From an uncultured Acidobacteriota bacterium (GTDB lineage: Bacteria > Acidobacteriota > Terriglobia > Terriglobales > Acidobacteriaceae): a stretch of DNA of 64,000 nt. Shown here piece by piece: positions 12,213 to 21,521 of the stretch. The stretch covers positions 758 to 64,757 of the forward strand of contig CAVOWU010000011.1 in the NCBI GenBank assembly GCA_963700225.1, read 5' to 3'. Position numbers and translations under genes: made by a program. The notes under the pieces are model-generated. The model ran no database searches and was not told the origin of the DNA. It was given only the letters and a program-made list of their open reading frames with translations. Numbering within the stretch: the stretch's first letter is position 1; the number at the start of each line of letters is the position of its first letter.

Positions 12213-14846
12213 CTATTCCGGCAGAATGATTTGTCCTTTGACTTCAAAATTCCCGTTCACTGAAGGAACTCCGGTTCCGGGTTGACCGCTCCCGATAGAG
12301 ACCGTGTACTTGCCTTGCGCCACAATGATGTCCCCCAGATCGGTGACCATGCTGAGATCGCGCGGGTTCAACTGAAACTCGACCTTCTGGCTCGCCCCGG
12401 GCTCCAGACGGACCCGTTGAAATCCGCGGAGTGCGCGCCGCGGCGCACCGGACACGTCGGGAAACTGCAGGTACAGCTCGACGACTTCGTCTCCGGCAAA
12501 CTTTCCAGTGTTAGAAACCGTGACGGACGCGTGCAGTGGATCACCGGCGCTGACTGGGGCGTCCGGTAGCATCAGATTGCTGTAAGTGAATGTTGTGTAG
12601 CTGAGGCCGAATCCAAACGGCCAGAGTGGTTCATCCTCGAAGTAACGATAGGTGCGTCCCTTCATTGAGTAATCTTCGAAATGCGGAAGTTGACGAACAT
12701 CCTTGTAGAAGGTGACAGGAAGGCGTCCGGCGGGGTTGTTCTTGCCGCTGAGAGTTTCAGCGATAGCGGCTCCGCCTTCTTCGCCGGAGTACCAGGACTC
12801 GAGGATGGCGTTGGCGTGCTCCTTCGCCCAGTTCACGCTGAGTGCGCTGCCGTTCATCAGCACGACTACGAGTGGCTTGCCACTTGCGGCGAGTGCCTCA
12901 ATCAGATCTTCTTCAGGCGTTGGTAAATCGAGGCTGGTGCGGTCCCCCCCGGAAAAGCCGGGCTGACTCACAGGCATCTCTTCGCCCTCGAGGCGACTGG
13001 TAATGCCGACGACGGCGACGACGACATCGGCGTTCTTCGCAGCCGCTACTGCCGCAGGATCGGGCACGTTGTTCACCCGAGCCCACAGAAGCTGCGCTTC
13101 TGGCTTGCCCTCTCCGGTGCGGCCATAGCGGACCTCAAGCTTTACGGGATGACCTTTTTCGAGGTGAACCGGGCTCAGATTAATGTTCTTTCCCCAGAGC
13201 GTCGTAATCTCCCTGCCATCGACTGATAGGCGACCGAAGCCGTCGACGCTTAGTCCTAGGAGATAGTCGCCGGTTGCTGTGGGGTTGAGAGATCCTGTCC
13301 ACTGCACCGACAAGCCGGAAATTCCTTTGGCCTGTTCGGGGACATTGCTCTGGTTCAGATTTACGGAGGACTCGACTCGCGACGTGAGAGGCGTCGGCTT
13401 CGCGTCGAAGGTGGGACGCGAACTGTATTCGGCTTCGAGGCCAGGCTTGCCATCCGGCGTGGTGAGAACAGATGAGGGCACGGGGTCTGCCTTGTTCGAA
13501 AGAAATTGAGTGCCTGGCACGTAAGTGATCTTTGCCTCCGGAAACTCGGCTTTCATTCCTTCCAGCACCGTGACTGTGTGTGAGGTACTGCCGTTGTAAT
13601 TACCGAGCAGGACGGCGGTTTGATCGGCGAGGGGGCCGATGATCGCGATGCGCTTGGCAGATTTCAGCGGGAGGACGCCATCGTTCTTGAGCAGAACCAT
13701 CGATTCGTTTGCGATGCGACGCGCAAGCTCGCGGTGTGCTGGACTGTCAAGTTGCTTCTCGTCGATGTTCATGTAAGGCACCGTCGCGGGCGGATCGAAC
13801 ATTCCGAGACGGACGCGAGCCGTAAAGAGACGAATGAGAGCAGTGTCGACCGAGCTTTCCGGAAGATATCCCTGCTGCACGGCCTCGATGTAGGGCTTGT
13901 AATCGTGATCATCACTTACTTTAGCGAAATCGATACATTCGTTATCCATGCCGCGGATCACTGAAATTGCCGAGGCCTGTGGCTGCGTTGGGCGGTAGTG
14001 GTGGCCGTTGAAGATATTACGCACAGCGTCGCAGTCAGAGACTACATAGCCGTCGAAATGCCATGCGCCGCGAAGAGTCTGTTGCAGGAGAAATTGGCTC
14101 GCGCACGCTGGCTCGCCATTGATCGCGTTGTAAGCACACATGACGGAACCCGCCTTGCCCTCAACGACGGCCGCGCGAAATGCCGGCAAGTAGGTGTCTT
14201 CCTCGTCGTGCTTGCTGACGTCCACGTCGGTAAAGTGCCGCGTGGGTTCGGGACCACTGTGAACGGCATAGTGCTTGGGCGTGGAGATGACGCGGTAATA
14301 ATGGGGATCATCGCCTTGCATGCCGGTTACAAACGCGACGGCTAAGCGAGCGCTCAGGAACGGATCTTCGCCGTAGGTTTCCTGGCCGCGTCCCCAGCGC
14401 GGATCGCGAAAGATGTTGACGTTCGGCGCCCAGAAATCGAGGCCCTCGAAAATGTTGGAGTGCCCGGCGCGTTCGTGTTGAGTGTGTTTGATTCGCCCTT
14501 CAATGCCGATGGCCGTTGCCATCTCATGAATGCGTGGGACATCGAAGGTCGCGGCCAGACCAATGGGTTCCGGGAATTCGGTCACGCCATCGGAAATGAC
14601 GCCGTGCAAGGCTTCGCTCCACCAATCGTAAGAAGCAATATTCAAGCGCGGGACGGCTCGTGCCTGATTCACAAGCTGCGAGGCTTTTTCTTCGAGCGTC
14701 ATGCGGTGGACGAGATCGGCCGCGCGCTCTTCAGGAGTGAGCTTGGGATTCATGTATGGCAGGCTAGACGCGTCTTGAGCCATTGAGGTGGAGGCTAGGA
14801 GAGCAATGATGACTGCGGCCAGCGCTAAAAGTTTGTAGTGGGTCAT
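12213..14846 (-). CDS. GH3 beta-glucosidase/beta-xylosidase with inserted PA14 domain
   Basis: ORF 12213..14939. I prefer ATG 14846, which follows AGGAG and begins MTHYKLLALAAVIIALLA. It has KHYAVHSGPE, a GYVVSDCDAV nucleophile region, a PA14-like insert (LEAEYSS..GDYLLGLSVDGFGRLSVDG) and an Fn3-like C-terminus. Confidence 0.9.
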   Translation of the reverse strand: MTHYKLLALAAVIIALLASTSMAQDASSLPYMNPKLTPEERAADLVHRMTLEEKASQLVNQARAVPRLNIASYDWWSEALHGVISDGVTEFPEPIGLAATFDVPRIHEMATAIGIEGRIKHTQHERAGHSNIFEGLDFWAPNVNIFRDPRWGRGQETYGEDPFLSARLAVAFVTGMQGDDPHYYRVISTPKHYAVHSGPEPTRHFTDVDVSKHDEEDTYLPAFRAAVVEGKAGSVMCAYNAINGEPACASQFLLQQTLRGAWHFDGYVVSDCDAVRNIFNGHHYRPTQPQASAISVIRGMDNECIDFAKVSDDHDYKPYIEAVQQGYLPESSVDTALIRLFTARVRLGMFDPPATVPYMNIDEKQLDSPAHRELARRIANESMVLLKNDGVLPLKSAKRIAIIGPLADQTAVLLGNYNGSTSHTVTVLEGMKAEFPEAKITYVPGTQFLSNKADPVPSSVLTTPDGKPGLEAEYSSRPTFDAKPTPLTSRVESSVNLNQSNVPEQAKGISGLSVQWTGSLNPTATGDYLLGLSVDGFGRLSVDGREITTLWGKNINLSPVHLEKGHPVKLEVRYGRTGEGKPEAQLLWARVNNVPDPAAVAAAKNADVVVAVVGITSRLEGEEMPVSQPGFSGGDRTSLDLPTPEEDLIEALAASGKPLVVVLMNGSALSVNWAKEHANAILESWYSGEEGGAAIAETLSGKNNPAGRLPVTFYKDVRQLPHFEDYSMKGRTYRYFEDEPLWPFGFGLSYTTFTYSNLMLPDAPVSAGDPLHASVTVSNTGKFAGDEVVELYLQFPDVSGAPRRALRGFQRVRLEPGASQKVEFQLNPRDLSMVTDLGDIIVAQGKYTVSIGSGQPGTGVPSVNGNFEVKGQIILPE

Positions 14847-15002
14847 TTGTGCTCCTGTAGTCGTCGTCCGCGAACATCGAAAAAAAACGAACTGGTCCTG
14901 AGTACCAGGCTGAAGCTTGCCGAGACGACCAGGAATCATCGAACCTTCACCCTTTGAACCGCATCGAGCAAAGCTATTTGTTCCAGCGCCCTGAATACTG
15001 GT

Positions 15003-17696
15003 CTACTTCGATTCCTTAATGATTGCGTCTGCGGCGTTGCCGGCCACGACCCAACTTGCCGACCCGGCCACGACGGCTTCATCCTCAAACCACAGAAATC
15101 CGAAGTCGTCGATGCACTCCGGAAAATCCGGTTTGATGATGATGTATCCGGGAATCACGGCACCCGGGATGTAAGCATTGTCGGCGCGATTGTTGCTGTA
15201 CGTCTTCGTCTTCGAGACCGTGCCGACTCCGGCCACATACGAAGTGCTGGATACCGGGTGCGTGCCGAGAATGTAGTTGACGGCGCGAAGTGTGTACTCG
15301 GGGCTGACGAGATCCGGAAACGTCTTGTGCAGGAAATACATTCGGATGGCCATGTCCACCACGGCGCCCGATCCGCCCCAGGTGCCCAGGCTCGGGGGCA
15401 CTCCGAACGGAGTCTCGTCCAGCCGCTTGGCCAAACCCGCCATGTATGTCTTCACCGCTTCGCGCATCTGATCTTTTGCGCTCGGATCCAGATAAGGCAA
15501 TGCCCGGACTGCTTTCCAACCATTGAAGTCCATCTGCTCGGGAGTGATCATCTGAGGGAACAATTCCTTCAGACGGGACTTGTAGGGCTCGGCACCATTT
15601 GTGGCGATGGTCAGTTCCAGGGCCGCGGACCAGTCCATGCCGACGAAAGATCGGCTCCGGCCGGAGCCAGCGGGCGGAGCTGCCGGAGCGCCTGGCGCGC
15701 CAGAGTTTGTTGTCGCACTCGAACTGCTCTTTGGCTTACGACCTTGCGCGCTAGAGACCATACCCTGCGACGCAGCGAGCACACCACCCGCGGGAGCCTC
15801 TCGGTCTGGCCCGGCGCTTGTCGGATAAAGCGTTGGATTTGCCGTCGTATCTTTCCATGCTTTGATTGCGGTCTCTAGACAGTCTCTCGCTAATGCGTCG
15901 TCCCAGCCTTTCAGCGTATCCGCCGCTGCAGCCAGCGCCGCGATGGCATTCCACTGGAAGTACGAGTTGTTCGTGGTGAAGATCCAGCGATCGTCCGGCT
16001 TGCCCGAGTAGTCGCCCTTCGTCTCGTTCGGGCCGAGCTTCGGGTCGTAGATGCGGCCGTCAGTTTTCGACGCCCCGTCGCCCACCTGTGTGTACTGGCG
16101 CAGGTCTGGCTCGTGAGTGCCACGGATGGCGTGGCCGATGTTGTGGAACTGCGCCAGGATGAGCAGTGCACCGTGCTTCACTTGCTGCACCGTATCCGGC
16201 ACGCCATCGGGACGGTGCATCTCCACCTCACGGGCGGTTTCATCCACCGTAAGCTCGTCGTACTTGAGATTAAATTCGCGATACGCCAGGGCCAGGCTCT
16301 GAATCACGTTCAGTTGCGCAGGCTCCTCTAGGTCGTAGTCGCCGGCATCATACCAGCCGCCCACGTTCATCCCAGGAATGTGATCGCCGCCTTTCCACTT
16401 CCCGTCCGTTGCCGTGGCCTGGTTCCAGCCGTCGAATTGCTCGCCGACTACGGGCGCCATACGGCCATCGTCCAGGTGCGAAGCGCCATGCCACATGCGG
16501 TAGCCTTCGCGAACGGAAACGTGATCCATCTGCGCCGCGAGGTGATGGTCGAGGCTGTCCTGCCAGATGTTGGCGTAAGCGTCCTTTGAGATGGGGAAGG
16601 GTGCCGTTCGCTGGCCTGCGTACTCGATGACATAAAGTCCGGGGTCGCTCACGGGGGTGAAGTCGAATTTTGAGTAGACGTAGCGCAGCCATGGTGTTGA
16701 AGACGTGATCGGCCCCTCGAATACCTGCTTGTAAGATCCGTCTTCCATCAGGCGAAGCACTCTGGCCGTCTTCGGGGCGTTGTACTTCGGGTCGAGTTCG
16801 AGCACCGCCACCTTGGAGAAGCCCGGCGCATAACCGACCTGGCTGTGCGCGATCACCGGCGGCCGCGTCCAGTTCGGAATCACGTCCGGCCTGATGTGCC
16901 AGACGATGGCCCCGGTGGTTTTGTCCGAAGGGATCAGCGAACGCAACACGAACCAACCATTCGGTGCGCGGTCGCGCCCATCGAACAACATGAGGCTAGC
17001 CGTATCCGATACTACGTTCACCCGAGCCAGCGCGTCGTCGACGCCCAGGGTGATGCTCTTTCCCTCGGCGAATGGCAACGGCTGAGTGTACCCTTTAGCT
17101 TTATCCCAATCCTCCAGGTAGTACGCCTTTTTCGGTTCATCCGGCAGGGGCAAAACCTTCGTCATCGGATCGTTCGGCGTTCGCGGGAAGATGCCGGCGG
17201 TGGTTCCGTCCACTAGATAAGCCTTGCCCATGTAGATCGAAGGCAGAAATTCGAGATTGAAGCCGGCCCGCCCCGTGAGTTTCGCCGGTAAAGGTTTGTC
17301 GAGATTGATGCTGACCTTCACGCCGCCTGGTTCCGCTGCCACCTCCAGTGTGTAATTGAAGTCGAACGTCGGGAACGCCAGGTCGGCGCTGAGCCGATTG
17401 TTCGCCTTGTCGGGATGGCGATCTTTGAGAGTTGCCACCAAGTCCCACTGCTCGGGCGTTGGCATCAGGCGCACGTCGCCGTTGGTCGCGATGCGCTGGC
17501 CGTGGAGAATCATCTCCATAGCCGTATTCTTTTGGTCCACAAAAACCGGATGGTACGTGCTGTCGTAAAGAAAAACGCTGAAACCTTGAGTATCGAGGTA
17601 ATTCTTGTCGCTCACCTTCATGGCAAAATCGGCGCCAGACAAGCCTTGGGCCGAGATCAGGGTCAAGAGAAGACAAACTATCATTCGCGTGAACAT
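15003..17696 (-). CDS. GH9-family glycoside hydrolase with N-terminal Ig-like (CelD_N-type) domain
   Basis: ORF 15003..17825. I prefer ATG 17696 (MFTRMIVCLLLTLISAQG signal). The GH9 signature GGWYDAGDYDLE is present. The catalytic region carries a low-complexity S/P/A/G insert. Confidence 0.75.
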   Translation of the reverse strand: MFTRMIVCLLLTLISAQGLSGADFAMKVSDKNYLDTQGFSVFLYDSTYHPVFVDQKNTAMEMILHGQRIATNGDVRLMPTPEQWDLVATLKDRHPDKANNRLSADLAFPTFDFNYTLEVAAEPGGVKVSINLDKPLPAKLTGRAGFNLEFLPSIYMGKAYLVDGTTAGIFPRTPNDPMTKVLPLPDEPKKAYYLEDWDKAKGYTQPLPFAEGKSITLGVDDALARVNVVSDTASLMLFDGRDRAPNGWFVLRSLIPSDKTTGAIVWHIRPDVIPNWTRPPVIAHSQVGYAPGFSKVAVLELDPKYNAPKTARVLRLMEDGSYKQVFEGPITSSTPWLRYVYSKFDFTPVSDPGLYVIEYAGQRTAPFPISKDAYANIWQDSLDHHLAAQMDHVSVREGYRMWHGASHLDDGRMAPVVGEQFDGWNQATATDGKWKGGDHIPGMNVGGWYDAGDYDLEEPAQLNVIQSLALAYREFNLKYDELTVDETAREVEMHRPDGVPDTVQQVKHGALLILAQFHNIGHAIRGTHEPDLRQYTQVGDGASKTDGRIYDPKLGPNETKGDYSGKPDDRWIFTTNNSYFQWNAIAALAAAADTLKGWDDALARDCLETAIKAWKDTTANPTLYPTSAGPDREAPAGGVLAASQGMVSSAQGRKPKSSSSATTNSGAPGAPAAPPAGSGRSRSFVGMDWSAALELTIATNGAEPYKSRLKELFPQMITPEQMDFNGWKAVRALPYLDPSAKDQMREAVKTYMAGLAKRLDETPFGVPPSLGTWGGSGAVVDMAIRMYFLHKTFPDLVSPEYTLRAVNYILGTHPVSSTSYVAGVGTVSKTKTYSNNRADNAYIPGAVIPGYIIIKPDFPECIDDFGFLWFEDEAVVAGSASWVVAGNAADAIIKESK

Positions 17697-17872
17697 AAAT
17701 TTGGATGAATGCTGCTCCTTTGCCGCAACATGATATGACATGCACACGGCACGGCGCCGCGTGTTCTCCAGTCGCGGGAATTCCGAGCGGGATAAGGTGC
17801 AGAAAATACCCAAATACTGACACATCTACTTACACAGTTTTACATGAATTCTTAGTTAAGTTGTTTGTTATC

Positions 17873-17957
17873 ATGGCGGAACTGGCAGACGCAGCGGACT
17901 CAGGATCCGCCGACCTTCGGGTTCTTGGGGGTTCGACTCCCCCTCCCGGCACCAACC
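17873..17957 (+). repeat. Copy 2 of the 84/85-nt tRNA-Leu direct repeat
   Basis: See 7383..7466. Homology starts at ATGGCGG and ends at CCAACC in both copies. Confidence 0.85.
17874..17954 (+). pseudogene. 5'-truncated tRNA-Leu (anticodon CAG, G37); the 5' acceptor strand is missing
   Basis: Positions 8-76 plus CCA match the tRNA at 7377 except at 36/37 and for one extra T. The 7 nt upstream (GTTATCA) cannot pair with the 3' acceptor strand TCCCGGC: three central mismatches and two G-U pairs. Confidence 0.7.
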
Positions 17958-18161
17958 TCTCCGCGTGTTTCCAATGATCTAAGTCTTCGGTAGTGGGTCA
18001 CTGACTCACTACCAAACCTTCAGATGCATCGAACGCTCGACGGTCTCACGTCGAAAACGCCTCACTGCAGTAAAACGTAGTTTTCTTATGAACACCAAGA
18101 GCCGAACGTGGCCTTTACTGGTTGTGATTGACAGCCGCACATCGGGCAAGCGGCAATCGTC

Positions 18162-19025
18162 TCAGTAAGCCGGATGGATCGAACGGGTTTCCTCGACAGT
18201 CAGTCGAGAAGGATCGCAGTAGCCGTACCCCTTCAGACAGGCTGTGTAATTGCGCTTGTGCTCGGCGTCGGCCAAGGTCTTGGTTTCCGAGGCAGTCAGT
18301 TTGGTGTAGTCGCAATTTTCCCGGCCATCGGTGCAGGCTGCGAGATTGCGCTGGTGCTCTGAGTAGGCTGTCTGCTTCGCTTGCGGCGGAGTGAGTTTGG
18401 AGTGATCGCACTCATCCCACCCATTTTCACAATTTTGAGCGTTGCGTTGGTTTTCTGCGGAGGTCGTGTCCCTGGTTTGGGAAGGACTCAATTTGGCGTG
18501 ATCGCATCGTCCGGATCCATTCTCACAATCCGAGGCGTTCAGCTGGCGCGTGGCGACGCCGACTTGCTCGGCTTCCGCCGAAGTCAACTTGGAGCGATCG
18601 CAAGCTCCCGTTCCATCTTTGCAGGCGGCGAGGTTACGCTGTTGGTCCGCCTTATTCGTGGCGCGGGCTTCAGCAGGAGTGAGCTTGGAAGGGTCGCAGG
18701 ACAGCATTCCATCGTTGCAGTCGGTCACATTCCGCTGGTGATCGGCGATCGCTAATGCGATTTTTTCGGGCTCCGATAGTTTTGAGCGATCGCAGGAGTC
18801 GTATCCGTTCCTGCAGTTCGCGACGTCGCGTCCATGCGCGGCTAGGGCGACGTCCGCCGATTGCGCGGTGGTCAACTTGGTCTGGTCACAGGCTTGGCGG
18901 CCAGACTTGCAGGCGTCCAGATTATCGGCAAGATCCGATGACTGCGCCAACCCAACGACCGGCACGAGACACACAGTAAGAACGGCGACTAGTTCCCAAA
19001 CAAGTTTTCGAAGATTAGCCTTCAT
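18162..19025 (-). CDS. Secreted cysteine-rich tandem-repeat protein (8 x ~32 aa, C-x6-C-D-x-[ST]-[KR]-L), function unknown
   Basis: 287-aa ORF preceded by a GGAGAAGGA RBS, with a signal peptide ending GLAQS. The eight repeats are aligned by eye. Confidence 0.8.
   Translation of the reverse strand: MKANLRKLVWELVAVLTVCLVPVVGLAQSSDLADNLDACKSGRQACDQTKLTTAQSADVALAAHGRDVANCRNGYDSCDRSKLSEPEKIALAIADHQRNVTDCNDGMLSCDPSKLTPAEARATNKADQQRNLAACKDGTGACDRSKLTSAEAEQVGVATRQLNASDCENGSGRCDHAKLSPSQTRDTTSAENQRNAQNCENGWDECDHSKLTPPQAKQTAYSEHQRNLAACTDGRENCDYTKLTASETKTLADAEHKRNYTACLKGYGYCDPSRLTVEETRSIHPAY
18165..18926 (-). repeat. Eight tandem ~96-nt coding repeats inside the Cys-repeat gene
   Basis: Repeat units are 33, 32, 32, 32, 32, 32, 32 and 29 aa. 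Consensus: N-x3-C-x2-G-x3-C-D-x-S-K-L-[TS]-x2-[EQ]-x8-[HQ]-[QK]-R. Confidence 0.8.
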
Positions 19026-19138
19026 ATTGTCCTTCTCCTGTTCTGAACGACCTGTCCCACACCGGGGTTTTTGGGTCTGGCCGAAACCAATGGGCGGTTT
19101 CGGCCATCCAAAGACCTTCCTCGATGACGGTTTCTTAG

Positions 19139-19855
19139 CTACTTCGTGTCTTCCTTCGCTTCTGCAACTTTAGCTTGTTGGCCCGCTTCGGACACGGCCT
19201 TCAGGAACGCATCCGCACTTCGCGGAGCCGTTACTTTTCCCGAAAGGATGTTGCGGAACATCATGTGCTTGCCATAAATGGCGCGAGTCGAGTCATTGTC
19301 TTGCTCGACGACTGCACCTTCCAGGGTCAAGCCGGCGAACACGCCTTTGGAGCGCGAGTAGGTCAGCATTTCAGTGTTCATCTTCCAGTCCGTTCCAGCG
19401 GATGCATGACGTCCAACTGGGCCCGCTGCAACCGAGCCTTCACCGGTGAGTTCGAATTTGCTCGAAAGCAGATGCTGGAAGCCCTGGTCATTCATGACGA
19501 GCATCACCAGATCCACGCCTTCGACACCGATCTGCAATCCCCAGCTCCCGCCGCCGATGGAGACGAATGCAGGTGCGCTCCAGCCTTCCGCCGTGCGGCA
19601 CGTGGCCACACCGCGTCCGTGCTTGGCGCCAAAGACGAAGCCACCTTTAATCAGGTCCGGTACAACCAGAATGCACTTGGCATTGCTCAGTACTTCTTCC
19701 GGGATGCCTTTGTCGGGTGTTGCCATGATTGCATGCAGAACATCGACGGACTTTTGCAGACGGTCGACGGTGTCTTCGCGTCCTGAACCGGCAAAGGCGT
19801 ATGTTCCGACCATGCCAACGACGCTCATCAAAAGCAGTGAGATTGTTTTCTTCAT
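19139..19855 (-). CDS. SYLF (Ysc84/DUF500) domain lipid-binding protein, secreted
   Basis: 238 aa with a signal peptide. VPDLIKGGFVFGAKHGRGVATCR and GGSWGLQIGVEGVDLVMLVMN are typical of the SYLF fold. Confidence 0.8.
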   Translation of the reverse strand: MKKTISLLLMSVVGMVGTYAFAGSGREDTVDRLQKSVDVLHAIMATPDKGIPEEVLSNAKCILVVPDLIKGGFVFGAKHGRGVATCRTAEGWSAPAFVSIGGGSWGLQIGVEGVDLVMLVMNDQGFQHLLSSKFELTGEGSVAAGPVGRHASAGTDWKMNTEMLTYSRSKGVFAGLTLEGAVVEQDNDSTRAIYGKHMMFRNILSGKVTAPRSADAFLKAVSEAGQQAKVAEAKEDTK

Positions 19856-20226
19856 GAAAGTTTTTCCTTTAGGAACTGCAAGATCAGTAAGAGGAGAGAG
19901 CTTCAGATAGCTGACTTAGTTCAGAGGACCTGAAAGAGAGAGAAAGAGTGCTCGTCTCTGCAACCATGATCGCTGAATTGGGTAGCGATAGATGGTCTGA
20001 ATTGCTCACTTGAGGCTGAAGACTCCATTAGCAGGGAATTCCGTGGTTGGCGAGGTTTCCGAAAATGCGAGCAATCTTGCACAGAATCGGCGGGATGCAA
20101 AGTGTCAACATGGGAGTCGCACACGTACGAGTGATCCTGATTATGACCTCCAGCTCGCATTCGTTTCTTGCCCAGATTCGTAGGCTGGGGGCCTTCCTTG
20201 CCGCGTCTCTGCGGAAGTCCCTCAAG

Positions 20227-20343
20227 ATGGAGCCACATGATGGCGATTTTGCGTCACAGCGTATGTGTCCGTTTTGTGGACTCATCACGCCTCGGCACGA
20301 ATCATGCTGCCTGGAATGTGGCAAGGCTTTCAAGGCAGCCTAG
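20227..20343 (+). CDS. Possible 38-aa zinc-ribbon micro-protein
   Basis: Internal ATG of ORF 20047..20343: MEPHDGDFASQRMCPFCGLITPRHESCCLECGKAFKAA (CxxC...CxxC). Weak RBS, so coding status is uncertain. Confidence 0.3.
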   Translation: MEPHDGDFASQRMCPFCGLITPRHESCCLECGKAFKAA

Positions 20344-20380
20344 ATGTTTGAAGGGCGCTGCGAAGGTCGAGCCGAAGGCC

Positions 20381-21379
20381 TCAGGGCCTGCTCGACATGG
20401 ATGGCTGGATGAAGTAACGGTTCATGCTGAGACAAAAACGGCAGGGCACTTCAATGACGCTGCTCTTGCTTTCTTCCAAGAGGTTCATCGGAAAAGCCCG
20501 TAGGCACTCCGCGCAGGTCAGCACAACGTAGGGCATTCCTTGAGAGTCAGTGCCATTGCGAGAGACCCAGGTTGGGGCGCGCTCTCGGGAATGATCACCA
20601 CGGCGGGACGAAGCAGTGCTAATTAACCCCTGGATGGCCGTAACCAGATTCGTCGGTGGCCCCCCTTTTGCGACAAATTCGTCCGCGACTACGCCGGCCG
20701 GAACATCGCTACCTAAGTAAGCGCCACTCATTGCAATGGTCGAGACTTGGGGGAAACGACGGCGAATCACCGAGAGCAGTTCAAAACCCGACATCTCTGG
20801 CATATTGAGGTCGGAAACCACAACGTCGGGTAACGCCTTTCGCAACTTCGCGAGTGCGCTGAAGCCATTGTGGGCAACGTCGACATCGTACCCTGCCGCA
20901 GTCAGCGACATTGAAACGCTCTCACGAACACTCGAGTCATCGTCGACCACGAGGATCTGACACCTCGAAGGGGGAGGCATGGCACTTTCAACGGGAGTCA
21001 CATCTTTTACTGAGCGGGCCTCCAGTTGAGGCCTTGATTGCAGCATCGATTGGAGAGTGGCTAGTAGGAAGTGAGGCCCATCGGCTTTAGTCACGACTGC
21101 ATCTACAGATTTCATAACACCGCGAGGCAAATCCAGACTGTCAGCGAGCATGACGACGGGAAGTTGCGGCTTGACGTGCTTAATCTCATCCGCAACGACG
21201 GCACCATCCAAAAGTCCCAGGTGGTACTCGAGAACTACGGCGTCCACGGGCTTCGACATCAAGAGCCGCAAACCTTCGCTGCCATTTCGTGCAGTAACGA
21301 GTCCGTATCCCCCCTCTTCCAGGAGCGCCAATTGATTGGGGTCGCGATGTATGCACAGCACTGTATTGGTCGTCGCCAT
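20381..21379 (-). CDS. Atypical response regulator: degenerate receiver + canonical receiver + C-terminal CxxC..CxxC zinc-ribbon-like tail
   Basis: REC1 has DAVVLEYHL, with Glu where the phospho-Asp is expected, and lacks the DD pair. REC2 has ILVVDDD, DVVVSDLNMPEMSG. The tail is VLTCAECLRAF..VPCRFCLSMN. Confidence 0.85.
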   Translation of the reverse strand: MATTNTVLCIHRDPNQLALLEEGGYGLVTARNGSEGLRLLMSKPVDAVVLEYHLGLLDGAVVADEIKHVKPQLPVVMLADSLDLPRGVMKSVDAVVTKADGPHFLLATLQSMLQSRPQLEARSVKDVTPVESAMPPPSRCQILVVDDDSSVRESVSMSLTAAGYDVDVAHNGFSALAKLRKALPDVVVSDLNMPEMSGFELLSVIRRRFPQVSTIAMSGAYLGSDVPAGVVADEFVAKGGPPTNLVTAIQGLISTASSRRGDHSRERAPTWVSRNGTDSQGMPYVVLTCAECLRAFPMNLLEESKSSVIEVPCRFCLSMNRYFIQPSMSSRP

Positions 21380-21521
21380 ATAAAAGGTATAAGTGAAAAT
21401 CCTCTGCTGGTCTGTTCAAGATTGCTCATGAGCGAGAGATGCGTGGAGGTGAGCAATTGTGATCGGACAAGAAACCATCTGATCGCCTAGGCTGTTGTTC
21501 AGGGCGACTTCTTCAAGCAGA

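Noticed and set aside
18165-18926. Regular ~96-nt periodicity that could suggest a CRISPR or satellite array
   Set aside because: The repeats are diverged at the DNA level, lie in-frame within a single ORF that has a signal peptide, and conserve amino-acid positions. They are coding repeats. No cas genes or spacer-like unique segments are present.
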